This document shows, one piece after another, positions 26,301-41,300 of a stretch of 64,000 nucleotides of DNA. Positions within the stretch are counted from its first letter, which is position 1. Each line of letters opens with the position of its first letter. The DNA is from Eledone cirrhosa (lineage: Eukaryota). The notes below the pieces were generated by a model that worked only from the letters and a program-made list of their open reading frames with translations, did not search any database and had not been told where the DNA came from. The DNA is taken from assembly GCA_964016885.1 (NCBI GenBank), contig OZ024741.1, forward strand, positions 389,732,001 to 389,796,000. Reading direction: 5' to 3'. Both the position numbers and the translations under genes were made by a program.

Positions 26301-29300
26301 TTGTGTCGTGACACCTACACCACCACTTTACAGTGTGGGCTCGGTGCTTTTACTCGTGACACCTACACGACCACTTTACAGTGTGGACTGGGTGCTTTGT
26401 GTCGTGACACCTACACCACCACTTTACAGTGTGGGCTTGGTGCTTTGTGTCGTGACACCTACACCACCACTTTACAGTGTGGACTGGGTGCTTTGTGTCG
26501 TGACACCTACACCACCACTTTACAGTGTGGACTCGGTGCTTTTAGTCGTGACACCTACACCACCACTTTACAGTGTGGACTCGGTGCTTTGTGTCGTGAC
26601 ACCTACACCACCACTTTACAGTGTGGACTCGGTGCTTTGTGTCGTGACACCTACACCACCACTTTACAGTGTGGACTCGGTGCTTTGTGTCGTGACACCT
26701 ACACCACCACTTTACAGTGTGGACTCGGTGCTTTTAGTCGTGACACCTACACCACCACTTTACAGTGTGGATTCGGTGCTTTGTGTCGTGACACCTACAC
26801 CACCACGTTACAGTGTGGACTGGGTGCTTTTAGTCGTGACACCTACACCACCACTTTACAGTTTGGACTCGGTGCTTTGTGTCGTGACACCTACACCACC
26901 ACTTTATAGTGTGGACTCGGTGCTTTGTGTCGTGACACCTACACCACCACTTTACAGTGTGGACTGGGTGCTTTTAGTTGTGACACCTACACCACCACTT
27001 TACAGTGTGGACTCGGTGCTTTGTGTCGTGACACCTACACCACCACTTTACAGTGTGGGCTGGGTGCTTTGTGTCGTGACACCTACACCACCACTTTACA
27101 GTGTGGACTGGGTGCTTTGTGTCGTGACACCTACACCACTACTTTACAGTGTGGGCTGGGTGCTTTGTGTTGTGACACCTACACCACCACTTTACAGTGT
27201 GGGCTCGGTGCTTTGTGTCGTGACACCTACACCACCACTTTACAGTGTGGGCTCGGTGCTTTTACTCGTGACACCTACACGACCATTTTACAGTGTGGAC
27301 TGGGTGCTTTGTGTCATGACACCTACACCACCACTTTACAGTGTGGACTCAGTGCTTTGTGTCGTGACACCTACACCACCACTTTACAGTGTGGACTGGG
27401 TGCTTTGTGTCGTGACACCTACACCACCACTTTACAGTGTGGACTCGGTGCTTTGTGTCGTGACACCTACACGACCACTTTACAGTGTGGACTGGGTGCT
27501 TTTAGTCGTGACACCTACACCACCACTTTACAGTGTGGACTCGGTGCTTTGTGTCGTGACACCTACACCACCACTTTACAGTGTGGGCTAGGTGCTTTAT
27601 GTCGTGACACCTACACCACCACTTTACAGTGTGGACTCGGTGCTTTGTGTCGTGACACCTACACCACCACTTTACAGTGTGGACTCGGTGCTTTGTGTCG
27701 TGACACCTACACCACCACTTTACAGTGTGGACTCGGTGCTTTGTGTCGTGACACCTACACCACCACTTTACAGTGTGGGCTCGGTGCTTTGTGTCGTGAC
27801 ACCTACACCACCACTTTACAGTGTGGACTGGGTGCTTTGTGTCGTGACACCTACACGACCACTTTACAGTGTGGACTCAGTGCTTTGTGTCGTGACACCT
27901 ACACCACCACTTTACAGTGTGGACTCAGTGCTTTGTGTCGTGACACCTACACCACCACTTTACAGTGTGGACTGGGTGCTTTGTGTCGTGACACCTACAC
28001 CACCACTTTACAGTGTGGACTCGGTGCTTTGTGTCGTGACACCTACACCACCACTTTACAGTGTGGACTCGGTGCTTTGTGTCATGACACCTACAGGACC
28101 ACTTTACAGTGAGTATTGGGTGCTTTGTGTCGTGACACCTACACGACCACTTTACAGTGAGTACTGGGTGCTTTGTGTCGTGACACCTACACCACCACTT
28201 TACAGTGTGGACTCGGTGCTTTTAGTCGTGACACCTACACCACCACTTTACAGTGTGGACTGGGTGCTTTTTGTCATGACACCCACACGACCACTTTACA
28301 GTGTGTGCTGGGTGCTTTTTGTCATGATACCCACAGAACCATTTTACAGTGAGAACTGGGTGCTTTTTGTCATGATACCCACACAACCACTTTACAGTGT
28401 GTGTTGTGTGCTTTTTGTCATGACACCCACACGACCACTTTACAGTGTGTGCTGGGTGCTTTTTGTCATGACACCTACACGACCACTTTACAGTGAGTAT
28501 TGGGTGCTTTGTGTCGTGACACCTACACCACCACTTTACAGTGTGTGCTCGGTGCTTTGTGTCGTGACACCTACACCACCACTTTACAGTGTGGACTCGG
28601 TGCTTTGTGTCATGACACCTACACCACCACTTTACAGTGTGGACTCGGTGCTTTGTGTCGTGACACCTACACCACCACTTTACAGTGTGGGCTGGGTGCT
28701 TTTTGTTGTGACACCTACACCACCACTTTACAGTGTGGACTGGGTGATTTGTGTCGTGACACCTACACCACCACTTTACAGTGTGGACTGGGTGCTTTGT
28801 GTCGTGACACCTACACCACCACTTTACAGTGTGGACTGGGTGCTTTTAGTCGTGACACCTACACGACCACTTTACAGTGTGGACTCAGTGCTTTGTGTCG
28901 TGACACCTACACCACCACTTTACAGTGTGGACTCAGTGCTTTGTGTCGTGACACCTACACCACCACTTTACAGTGTGGACTGGGTGCTTTGTGTCGTGAC
29001 ACCTACACCACCACTTTACAGTGTGGACTCGGTGCTTTGTGTCGTGACACCTACACCACCACTTTACAGTGTGGACTCGGTGCTTTGTGTCATGACACCT
29101 ACACGACCACTTTACAGTGAGTATTGGGTGCTTTGTGTCGTGACACCTACACGACCACTTTACAGTGAGTACTGGGTGCTTTGTGTCGTGACACCTACAC
29201 CACCACTTTACAGTGTGGACTTGGTGCTTTTAGTCGTGACACCTACACCACCACTTTACAGTGTGGACTGGGTGCTTTTAGTCGTGACACCTACACCACC

Positions 29301-32300
29301 ACTTTACAGTGTGTGCTCGGTGCTTTGTGTCGTGACACCTACACCACCACTTTACAGTGTGGACTCGGTGCTTTGTGTCATGACACCTACACCACCACTT
29401 TACAGTGTGGACTCGGTGCTTTGTGTCGTGACACCTACACCACCACTTTACAGTGTGGGCTGGGTGCTTTTTGTTGTGACACCTACACCACCACTTTACA
29501 GTGTGGACTGGGTGATTTGTGTCGTGACACCTACACCACCACTTTACAGTGTGGACTCGGTGCTTTGTGTCGTGACACCTACACCACCACTTTACAGTGT
29601 GGGCTCGGTGCTTTGTGTCGTGACACCTACACCACCACTTTACAGTTTGGACTCGGTGCTTTGTGTCGTGACACCTACACCACCACTTTACAGTGTGGGC
29701 TCGGTGCTTTTACTCGTGACACCTACACGACCACTTTACAGTGTGGACTGGGTGCTTTGTGTCGTGACACCTACACCACCACTTTACAGTGTGGACTGGG
29801 TGCTCTGTGTCGTGACACCTACACCACCACTTTACAGTGTGGACTCGGTGCTTTTAGTCGTGACACCTACACCACCACTTTACAGTGTGGACTCGGTGCT
29901 TTGTGGCGTGACACCTACACCACCACTTTACAGTGTGGATTGGGTGCTTTTAGTCGTGACACCTACACCACCACTTTACAGTGTGGGCTCAGTGCTTTGT
30001 GTCGTGACACCTACACCACCACTTTACAGTGTGGACTGGGTGCTTTGTGTCGTGACACCTACACCACCACTTTACAGTGTGGACTCGGTGCTTTGTGTCG
30101 TGACACCTACACGACCACTTTACAGTGTGGACTGGGTGCTTTTAGTCGTGACACCTACACCACCACTTTACAGTGTGGACTCGGTGCTTTGTGTCGTGAC
30201 ACCTACACCACCACTTTACAGTGTGGGCTGGGTGCTTTATGTCGTGACACCTACACCACCACTTTACAGTGTGGACTCGGTGCTTTGTGTCGTGACACCT
30301 ACACCACCACTTTACAGTGTGGACTCGGTGCTTTGTGTCGTGACACCTACACCACCACTTTACAGTGTGGACTCGGTGCTTTGTGTCGTGACACCTACAC
30401 CACCACTTTACAGTGTGGGCTCGGTGCTTTGTGTCGTGACACCTACACCACCACTTTACAGTGTGGACTGGGTGCTTTGTGTCGTGACACCTACACGACC
30501 ACTTTACAGTGTGGACTCAGTGCTTTGTGTCGTGACACCTACACCACCACTTTACAGTGTGGACTCAGTGCTTTGTGTCGTGACACCTACACCACCACTT
30601 TACAGTGTGGACTGGGTGCTTTGTGTCGTGACACCTACACCACCACTTTACAGTGTGGACTCGGTGCTTTGTGTCGTGACACCTACACCACCACTTTACA
30701 GTGTGGACTCGGTGCTTTGTGTCATGACACCTACACGACCACTTTACAGTGAGTATTGGGTGCTTTGTGTCGTGACACCTACACGACCACTTTACAGTGA
30801 GTACTGGGTGCTTTGTGTCGTGACACCTACACCACCACTTTACAGTGTGGACTCGGTGCTTTTAGTCGTGACACCTACACCACCACTTTACAGTGTGGAC
30901 TGGGTGCTTTTAGTCGTGACACCTACACCACCACTTTACAGTGTGTGCTCGGTGCTTTGTGTCGTGACACCTACACCACCACTTTACAGTGTGGACTCGG
31001 TGCTTTGTGTCATGACACCTACACCACCACTTTACAGTGTGGACTCGGTGCTTTGTGTCGTGACACCTACACCACCACTTTACAGTGTGGGCTGGGTGCT
31101 TTTTGTTGTGACACCTACACCACCACTTTACAGTGTGGACTGGGTGATTTGTGTCGTGACACCTACACCACCACTTTACAGTGTGGACTGGGTGCTTTGT
31201 GTCGTGACACCTACACCACCACTTTACAGTGTGGACTGGGTGCTTTTAGTCGTGACACCTACACGACCACTTTACAGTGTGGACTCAGTGCTTTGTGTCG
31301 TGACACCTACACCACCACTTTACAGTGTGGACTGAGAGTGCTTTTAGTCGTGACACCTACACCACCACATTACAGTGGGGACTCGGTGCTTTGTGTCGTG
31401 ACACCTACACCACCACTTTACAGTGTGGACTCGGTGCTTTGTGTCGTGACACCTACACCACCACTTTACAGTGTGGGCTCGCTGCTTTGTGTCGTGACAC
31501 CTACACCACCACTTTACAGTGTGGACTGGGTGCTTTGTGTCGTGCCACCTACACCACCACTTTACAGTGTGGACTCGGTGCTTTGTGTCGTGACACCTAC
31601 ACGACCACTCTACAGTGTGGACTGGGTGCTTTTAGTCGTGACACCTACACCACCACTTTACAGTGTGGACTCGGTGCTTTTAGTCGTGACACCTACACCA
31701 CCACTTTACAGTGTGGGCTCGGTGCTTTGTGTTGTGACACCTACATCACCACTTTACAGTGTGGACTCGGTGCTTTGTGTCGTGACAACTACACCACCAC
31801 TTTACAGTGTGGACTGGGTGCTTTGTGTCGTGACACCTACACCACCACTTTACAGTGTGGACTCGGTGCTTTGTGTCGTGACACCTACACCACCACTTTA
31901 CAGTGTGGACTGGGTGCTTTGTGTCGTGCCACCTACACCACCACTTTACAGTGTGGACTCGGTGCTTTGTGTCGTGACACCTACACCACCACTTTACAGT
32001 GTGGACTCGTTGCTTTTAGTCGTGACACCTACACCACCACTTTACAGTGTGGACTGGGTGCTTTTAGTCGTGACACCTACACCACCACTTTACAGTGTGG
32101 GCTCGGTGCTTTTAGTCGTGACACCTACACCACCACTTTACAGTGTGGACTCGGTGCTTTTAGTCGTGACACCTCCACCACCACTTTACAGTGTGGACTG
32201 GGTGCTTTTAGTCGTGACACCTACACCACCACTTTACAGTGTGGGCTCGGTGCTTTGTGTCGTGACACCTACACCACCACTTTACAGTGTGGACTCGGTG

Positions 32301-35300
32301 CTTTGTGTCATGACACCTACACCACCACTTTACAGTGTGGACTCGGTGCTTTGTGGCGTGACACCTACACCACCACTTTACAGTGTGGGCTGGGTGCTTT
32401 TTGTTGTGACACCTACACCACCACTTTACAGTGTGGACTGGGTGATTTGTGTCTTGACACCTACACCACCACTTTACAGTGTGGACTCGGTGCTTTGTGT
32501 CGTGACACCTACACCACCACTTTACAGTGTGGACTCGGTGCTTTGTGTCGTGACACCTACACCACCACTTTACAGTGTGGGCTCGGTGCTTTGTGTCGTG
32601 ACACCTACACCACCACTTTACAGTTTGGACTCGGTGCTTTGTGTCGTGACACCTACACCACCACTTTACAGTGTGGGCTCGGTGCTTTTACTCGTGACAC
32701 CTACACGACCACTTTACAGTGTGGACTGGGTGCTTTGTGTCGTGACACCTACACCACCACTTTACAGTGTGGGCTTGGTGCTTTGTGTCGTGACACCTAC
32801 ACCACCACTTTACAGTGTGGACTGGGTGCTTTGTGTCGTGACACCTACACCACCACTTTACAGTGTGGACTCGGTGCTTTTAGTCGTGACACCTACACCA
32901 CCACTTTACAGTGTGGACTCGGTGCTTTGTGTCGTGACACCTACACCACCACTTTACAGTGTGGACTCGGTGCTTTGTGTCGTGACACCTACACCACCAC
33001 TTTACAGTGTGGACTCGGTGCTTTGTGTCGTGACACCTACACCACCACTTTACAGTGTGGACTCGGTGCTTTTAGTCGTGACACCTACACCACCACTTTA
33101 CAGTGTGGATTCGGTGCTTTGTGTCGTGACACCTACACCACCACGTTACAGTGTGGACTGGGTGCTTTTAGTCGTGACACCTACACCACCACTTTACAGT
33201 TTGGACTCGGTGCTTTGTGTCGTGACACCTACACCACCACTTTATAGTGTGGACTCGGTGCTTTGTGTCGTGACACCTACACCACCACTTTACAGTGTGG
33301 ACTGGGTGCTTTTAGTTGTGACACCTACACCACCACTTTACAGTGTGGACTCGGTGCTTTGTGTCGTGACACCTACACCACCACTTTACAGTGTGGGCTG
33401 GGTGCTTTGTGTCGTGACACCTACACCACCACTTTACAGTGTGGACTGGGTGCTTTGTGTCGTGACACCTACACCACTACTTTACAGTGTGGGCTGGGTG
33501 CTTTGTGTTGTGACACCTACACCACCACTTTACAGTGTGGGCTCGGTGCTTTGTGTCGTGACACCTACACCACCACTTTACAGTGTGGGCTCGGTGCTTT
33601 TACTCGTGACACCTACACGACCATTTTACAGTGTGGACTGGGTGCTTTGTGTCATGACACCTACACCACCACTTTACAGTGTGGACTCAGTGCTTTGTGT
33701 CGTGACACCTACACCACCACTTTACAGTGTGGACTGGGTGCTTTGTGTCGTGACACCTACACCACCACTTTACAGTGTGGACTCGGTGCTTTGTGTCGTG
33801 ACACCTACACGACCACTTTACAGTGTGGACTGGGTGCTTTTAGTCGTGACACCTACACCACCACTTTACAGTGTGGACTCGGTGCTTTGTGTCGTGACAC
33901 CTACACCACCACTTTACAGTGTGGGCTGGGTGCTTTATGTCGTGACACCTACACCACCACTTTACAGTGTGGACTCGGTGCTTTGTGTCGTGACACCTAC
34001 ACCACCACTTTACAGTGTGGACTCGGTGCTTTGTGTCGTGACACCTACACCACCACTTTACAGTGTGGACTCGGTGCTTTGTGTCGTGACACCTACACCA
34101 CCACTTTACAGTGTGGGCTCGGTGCTTTGTGTCGTGACACCTACACCACCACTTTACAGTGTGGACTGGGTGCTTTGTGTCGTGACACCTACACGACCAC
34201 TTTACAGTGTGGACTCAGTGCTTTGTGTCGTGACACCTACACCACCACTTTACAGTGTGGACTCAGTGCTTTGTGTCGTGACACCTACACCACCACTTTA
34301 CAGTGTGGACTGGGTGCTTTGTGTCGTGACACCTACACCACCACTTTACAGTGTGGACTCGGTGCTTTGTGTCGTGACACCTACACCACCACTTTACAGT
34401 GTGGACTCGGTGCTTTGTGTCATGACACCTACAGGACCACTTTACAGTGAGTATTGGGTGCTTTGTGTCGTGACACCTACACGACCACTTTACAGTGAGT
34501 ACTGGGTGCTTTGTGTCGTGACACCTACACCACCACTTTACAGTGTGGACTCGGTGCTTTTAGTCGTGACACCTACACCACCACTTTACAGTGTGGACTG
34601 GGTGCTTTTTGTCATGACACCCACACGACCACTTTACAGTGTGTGCTGGGTGCTTTTTGTCATGATACCCACAGAACCATTTTACAGTGAGAACTGGGTG
34701 CTTTTTGTCATGATACCCACACAACCACTTTACAGTGTGTGTTGTGTGCTTTTTGTCATGACACCCACACGACCACTTTACAGTGTGTGCTGGGTGCTTT
34801 TTGTCATGACACCTACACGACCACTTTACAGTGAGTATTGGGTGCTTTGTGTCGTGACACCTACACCACCACTTTACAGTGTGTGCTCGGTGCTTTGTGT
34901 CGTGACACCTACACCACCACTTTACAGTGTGGACTCGGTGCTTTGTGTCATGACACCTACACCACCACTTTACAGTGTGGACTCGGTGCTTTGTGTCGTG
35001 ACACCTACACCACCACTTTACAGTGTGGGCTGGGTGCTTTTTGTTGTGACACCTACACCACCACTTTACAGTGTGGACTGGGTGATTTGTGTCGTGACAC
35101 CTACACCACCACTTTACAGTGTGGACTGGGTGCTTTGTGTCGTGACACCTACACCACCACTTTACAGTGTGGACTGGGTGCTTTTAGTCGTGACACCTAC
35201 ACGACCACTTTACAGTGTGGACTCAGTGCTTTGTGTCGTGACACCTACACCACCACTTTACAGTGTGGACTCAGTGCTTTGTGTCGTGACACCTACACCA

Positions 35301-38300
35301 CCACTTTACAGTGTGGACTGGGTGCTTTGTGTCGTGACACCTACACCACCACTTTACAGTGTGGACTCGGTGCTTTGTGTCGTGACACCTACACCACCAC
35401 TTTACAGTGTGGACTCGGTGCTTTGTGTCATGACACCTACACGACCACTTTACAGTGAGTATTGGGTGCTTTGTGTCGTGACACCTACACGACCACTTTA
35501 CAGTGAGTACTGGGTGCTTTGTGTCGTGACACCTACACCACCACTTTACAGTGTGGACTTGGTGCTTTTAGTCGTGACACCTACACCACCACTTTACAGT
35601 GTGGACTGGGTGCTTTTAGTCGTGACACCTACACCACCACTTTACAGTGTGTGCTCGGTGCTTTGTGTCGTGACACCTACACCACCACTTTACAGTGTGG
35701 ACTCGGTGCTTTGTGTCATGACACCTACACCACCACTTTACAGTGTGGACTCGGTGCTTTGTGTCGTGACACCTACACCACCACTTTACAGTGTGGGCTG
35801 GGTGCTTTTTGTTGTGACACCTACACCACCACTTTACAGTGTGGACTGGGTGATTTGTGTCGTGACACCTACACCACCACTTTACAGTGTGGACTCGGTG
35901 CTTTGTGTCGTGACACCTACACCACCACTTTACAGTGTGGGCTCGGTGCTTTGTGTCGTGACACCTACACCACCACTTTACAGTTTGGACTCGGTGCTTT
36001 GTGTCGTGACACCTACACCACCACTTTACAGTGTGGGCTCGGTGCTTTTACTCGTGACACCTACACGACCACTTTACAGTGTGGACTGGGTGCTTTGTGT
36101 CGTGACACCTACACCACCACTTTACAGTGTGGACTGGGTGCTCTGTGTCGTGACACCTACACCACCACTTTACAGTGTGGACTCGGTGCTTTTAGTCGTG
36201 ACACCTACACCACCACTTTACAGTGTGGACTCGGTGCTTTGTGGCGTGACACCTACACCACCACTTTACAGTGTGGATTGGGTGCTTTTAGTCGTGACAC
36301 CTACACCACCACTTTACAGTGTGGGCTCAGTGCTTTGTGTCGTGACACCTACACCACCACTTTACAGTGTGGACTGGGTGCTTTGTGTCGTGACACCTAC
36401 ACCACCACTTTACAGTGTGGACTCGGTGCTTTGTGTCGTGACACCTACACGACCACTTTACAGTGTGGACTGGGTGCTTTTAGTCGTGACACCTACACCA
36501 CCACTTTACAGTGTGGACTCGGTGCTTTGTGTCGTGACACCTACACCACCACTTTACAGTGTGGGCTGGGTGCTTTATGTCGTGACACCTACACCACCAC
36601 TTTACAGTGTGGACTCGGTGCTTTGTGTCGTGACACCTACACCACCACTTTACAGTGTGGACTCGGTGCTTTGTGTCGTGACACCTACACCACCACTTTA
36701 CAGTGTGGACTCGGTGCTTTGTGTCGTGACACCTACACCACCACTTTACAGTGTGGGCTCGGTGCTTTGTGTCGTGACACCTACACCACCACTTTACAGT
36801 GTGGACTGGGTGCTTTGTGTCGTGACACCTACACGACCACTTTACAGTGTGGACTCAGTGCTTTGTGTCGTGACACCTACACCACCACTTTACAGTGTGG
36901 ACTCAGTGCTTTGTGTCGTGACACCTACACCACCACTTTACAGTGTGGACTGGGTGCTTTGTGTCGTGACACCTACACCACCACTTTACAGTGTGGACTC
37001 GGTGCTTTGTGTCGTGACACCTACACCACCACTTTACAGTGTGGACTCGGTGCTTTGTGTCATGACACCTACACGACCACTTTACAGTGAGTATTGGGTG
37101 CTTTGTGTCGTGACACCTACACGACCACTTTACAGTGAGTACTGGGTGCTTTGTGTCGTGACACCTACACCACCACTTTACAGTGTGGACTCGGTGCTTT
37201 TAGTCGTGACACCTACACCACCACTTTACAGTGTGGACTGGGTGCTTTTAGTCGTGACACCTACACCACCACTTTACAGTGTGTGCTCGGTGCTTTGTGT
37301 CGTGACACCTACACCACCACTTTACAGTGTGGACTCGGTGCTTTGTGTCATGACACCTACACCACCACTTTACAGTGTGGACTCGGTGCTTTGTGTCGTG
37401 ACACCTACACCACCACTTTACAGTGTGGGCTGGGTGCTTTTTGTTGTGACACCTACACCACCACTTTACAGTGTGGACTGGGTGATTTGTGTCGTGACAC
37501 CTACACCACCACTTTACAGTGTGGACTGGGTGCTTTGTGTCGTGACACCTACACCACCACTTTACAGTGTGGACTGGGTGCTTTTAGTCGTGACACCTAC
37601 ACGACCACTTTACAGTGTGGACTCAGTGCTTTGTGTCGTGACACCTACACCACCACTTTACAGTGTGGACTGAGAGTGCTTTTAGTCGTGACACCTACAC
37701 CACCACATTACAGTGGGGACTCGGTGCTTTGTGTCGTGACACCTACACCACCACTTTACAGTGTGGACTCGGTGCTTTGTGTCGTGACACCTACACCACC
37801 ACTTTACAGTGTGGGCTCGCTGCTTTGTGTCGTGACACCTACACCACCACTTTACAGTGTGGACTGGGTGCTTTGTGTCGTGCCACCTACACCACCACTT
37901 TACAGTGTGGACTCGGTGCTTTGTGTCGTGACACCTACACGACCACTCTACAGTGTGGACTGGGTGCTTTTAGTCGTGACACCTACACCACCACTTTACA
38001 GTGTGGACTCGGTGCTTTTAGTCGTGACACCTACACCACCACTTTACAGTGTGGGCTCGGTGCTTTGTGTTGTGACACCTACACCACCACTTTACAGTGT
38101 GGACTCGGTGCTTTGTGTCGTGACAACTACACCACCACTTTACAGTGTGGACTGGGTGCTTTGTGTCGTGACACCTACACCACCACTTTACAGTGTGGAC
38201 TCGGTGCTTTGTGTCGTGACACCTACACCACCACTTTACAGTGTGGACTGGGTGCTTTGTGTCGTGCCACCTACACCACCACTTTACAGTGTGGACTCGG

Positions 38301-41300
38301 TGCTTTGTGTCGTGACACCTACACCACCACTTTACAGTGTGGACTCGTTGCTTTTAGTCGTGACACCTACACCACCACTTTACAGTGTGGACTGGGTGCT
38401 TTTAGTCGTGACACCTACACCACCACTTTACAGTGTGGGCTCGGTGCTTTTAGTCGTGACACCTACACCACCACTTTACAGTGTGGACTCGGTGCTTTTA
38501 GTCGTGACACCTCCACCACCACTTTACAGTGTGGACTGGGTGCTTTTAGTCGTGACACCTACACCACCACTTTACAGTGTGGGCTCGGTGCTTTGTGTCG
38601 TGACACCTACACCACCACTTTACAGTGTGGACTCGGTGCTTTGTGTCATGACACCTACACCACCACTTTACAGTGTGGACTCGGTGCTTTGTGGCGTGAC
38701 ACCTACACCACCACTTTACAGTGTGGGCTGGGTGCTTTTTGTTGTGACACCTACACCACCACTTTACAGTGTGGACTGGGTGATTTGTGTCTTGACACCT
38801 ACACCACCACTTTACAGTGTGGACTCGGTTCTTTGTGTCGTGACACCTACACCACCACTTTACAGTGTGGGCTCGGTGCTTTGTGTCGTGACACCTACAC
38901 CACCACTTTACAGTTTGGACTCGGTGCTTTGTGTCGTGACACCTACACCACCACTTTACAGTGTGGGCTCGGTGCTTTTACTCGTGACACCTACACGACC
39001 ACTTTACAGTGTGGACTGGGTGCTTTGTGTCGTGACACCTACACCACCACTTTACAGTGTGGGCTTGGTGCTTTGTGTCGTGACACCTACACCACCACTT
39101 TACAGTGTGGACTGGGTGCTTTGTGTCGTGACACCTACACCACCACTTTACAGTGTGGACTCGGTGCTTTTAGTCGTGACACCTACACCACCACTTTACA
39201 GTGTGGACTCGGTGCTTTGTGTCGTGACACCTACACCACCACTTTACAGTGTGGACTCGGTGCTTTGTGTCGTGACACCTACACCACCACTTTACAGTGT
39301 GGACTCGGTGCTTTGTGTCGTGACACCTACACCACCACTTTACAGTGTGGACTCGGTGCTTTTAGTCGTGACACCTACACCACCACTTTACAGTGTGGAT
39401 TCGGTGCTTTGTGTCGTGACACCTACACCACCACGTTACAGTGTGGACTGGGTGCTTTTAGTCGTGACACCTACACCACCACTTTACAGTTTGGACTCGG
39501 TGCTTTGTGTCGTGACACCTACACCACCACTTTATAGTGTGGACTCGGTGCTTTGTGTCGTGACACCTACACCACCACTTTACAGTGTGGACTGGGTGCT
39601 TTTAGTTGTGACACCTACACCACCACTTTACAGTGTGGACTCGGTGCTTTGTGTCGTGACACCTACACCACCACTTTACAGTGTGGGCTGGGTGCTTTGT
39701 GTCGTGACACCTACACCACCACTTTACAGTGTGGACTGGGTGCTTTGTGTCGTGACACCTACACCACTACTTTACAGTGTGGGCTGGGTGCTTTGTGTTG
39801 TGACACCTACACCACCACTTTACAGTGTGGGCTCGGTGCTTTGTGTCGTGACACCTACACCACCACTTTACAGTGTGGGCTCGGTGCTTTTACTCGTGAC
39901 ACCTACACGACCATTTTACAGTGTGGACTGGGTGCTTTGTGTCATGACACCTACACCACCACTTTACAGTGTGGACTCAGTGCTTTGTGTCGTGACACCT
40001 ACACCACCACTTTACAGTGTGGACTGGGTGCTTTGTGTCGTGACACCTACACCACCACTTTACAGTGTGGACTCGGTGCTTTGTGTCGTGACACCTACAC
40101 GACCACTTTACAGTGTGGACTGGGTGCTTTTAGTCGTGACACCTACACCACCACTTTACAGTGTGGACTCGGTGCTTTGTGTCGTGACACCTACACCACC
40201 ACTTTACAGTGTGGGCTGGGTGCTTTATGTCGTGACACCTACACCACCACTTTACAGTGTGGACTCGGTGCTTTGTGTCGTGACACCTACACCACCACTT
40301 TACAGTGTGGACTCGGTGCTTTGTGTCGTGACACCTACACCACCACTTTACAGTGTGGACTCGGTGCTTTGTGTCGTGACACCTACACCACCACTTTACA
40401 GTGTGGGCTCGGTGCTTTGTGTCGTGACACCTACACCACCACTTTACAGTGTGGACTGGGTGCTTTGTGTCGTGACACCTACACGACCACTTTACAGTGT
40501 GGACTCAGTGCTTTGTGTCGTGACACCTACACCACCACTTTACAGTGTGGACTCAGTGCTTTGTGTCGTGAAACCTACACCACCACTTTACAGTGTGGAC
40601 TGGGTGCTTTGTGTCGTGACACCTACACCACCACTTTACAGTGTGGACTCGGTGCTTTGTGTCGTGACACCTACACCACCACTTTACAGTGTGGACTCGG
40701 TGCTTTGTGTCATGACACCTACACGACCACTTTACAGTGAGTATTGGGTGCTTTGTGTCGTGACACCTACACGACCACTTTACAGTGAGTACTGGGTGCT
40801 TTGTGTCGTGACACCTACACCACCACTTTACAGTGTGGACTCGGTGCTTTTAGTCGTGACACCTACTCCACCACTTTACAGTGTGGACTGGGTGCTTTTA
40901 GTCGTGACACCTACACCACCACTTTACAGTGTGTGCTCGGTGCTTTGTGTCGTGACACCTACACCACCACTTTACAGTGTGGACTCGGTGCTTTGTGTCA
41001 TGACACCTACACCACCACTTTACAGTGTGGACTCGGTGCTTTGTGTCGTGACACCTACACCACCACTTTACAGTGTGGGCTGGGTGCTTTTTGTTGTGAC
41101 ACCTACACCACCACTTTACAGTGTGGACTGGGTGATTTGTGTCGTGACACCTACACCACCACTTTACAGTGTGGACTGGGTGCTTTGTGTCGTGACACCT
41201 ACACCACCACTTTACAGTGTGGACTGGGTGCTTTTAGTCGTGACACCTACACGACCACTTTACAGTGTGGACTCAGTGCTTTGTGTCGTGACACCTACAC

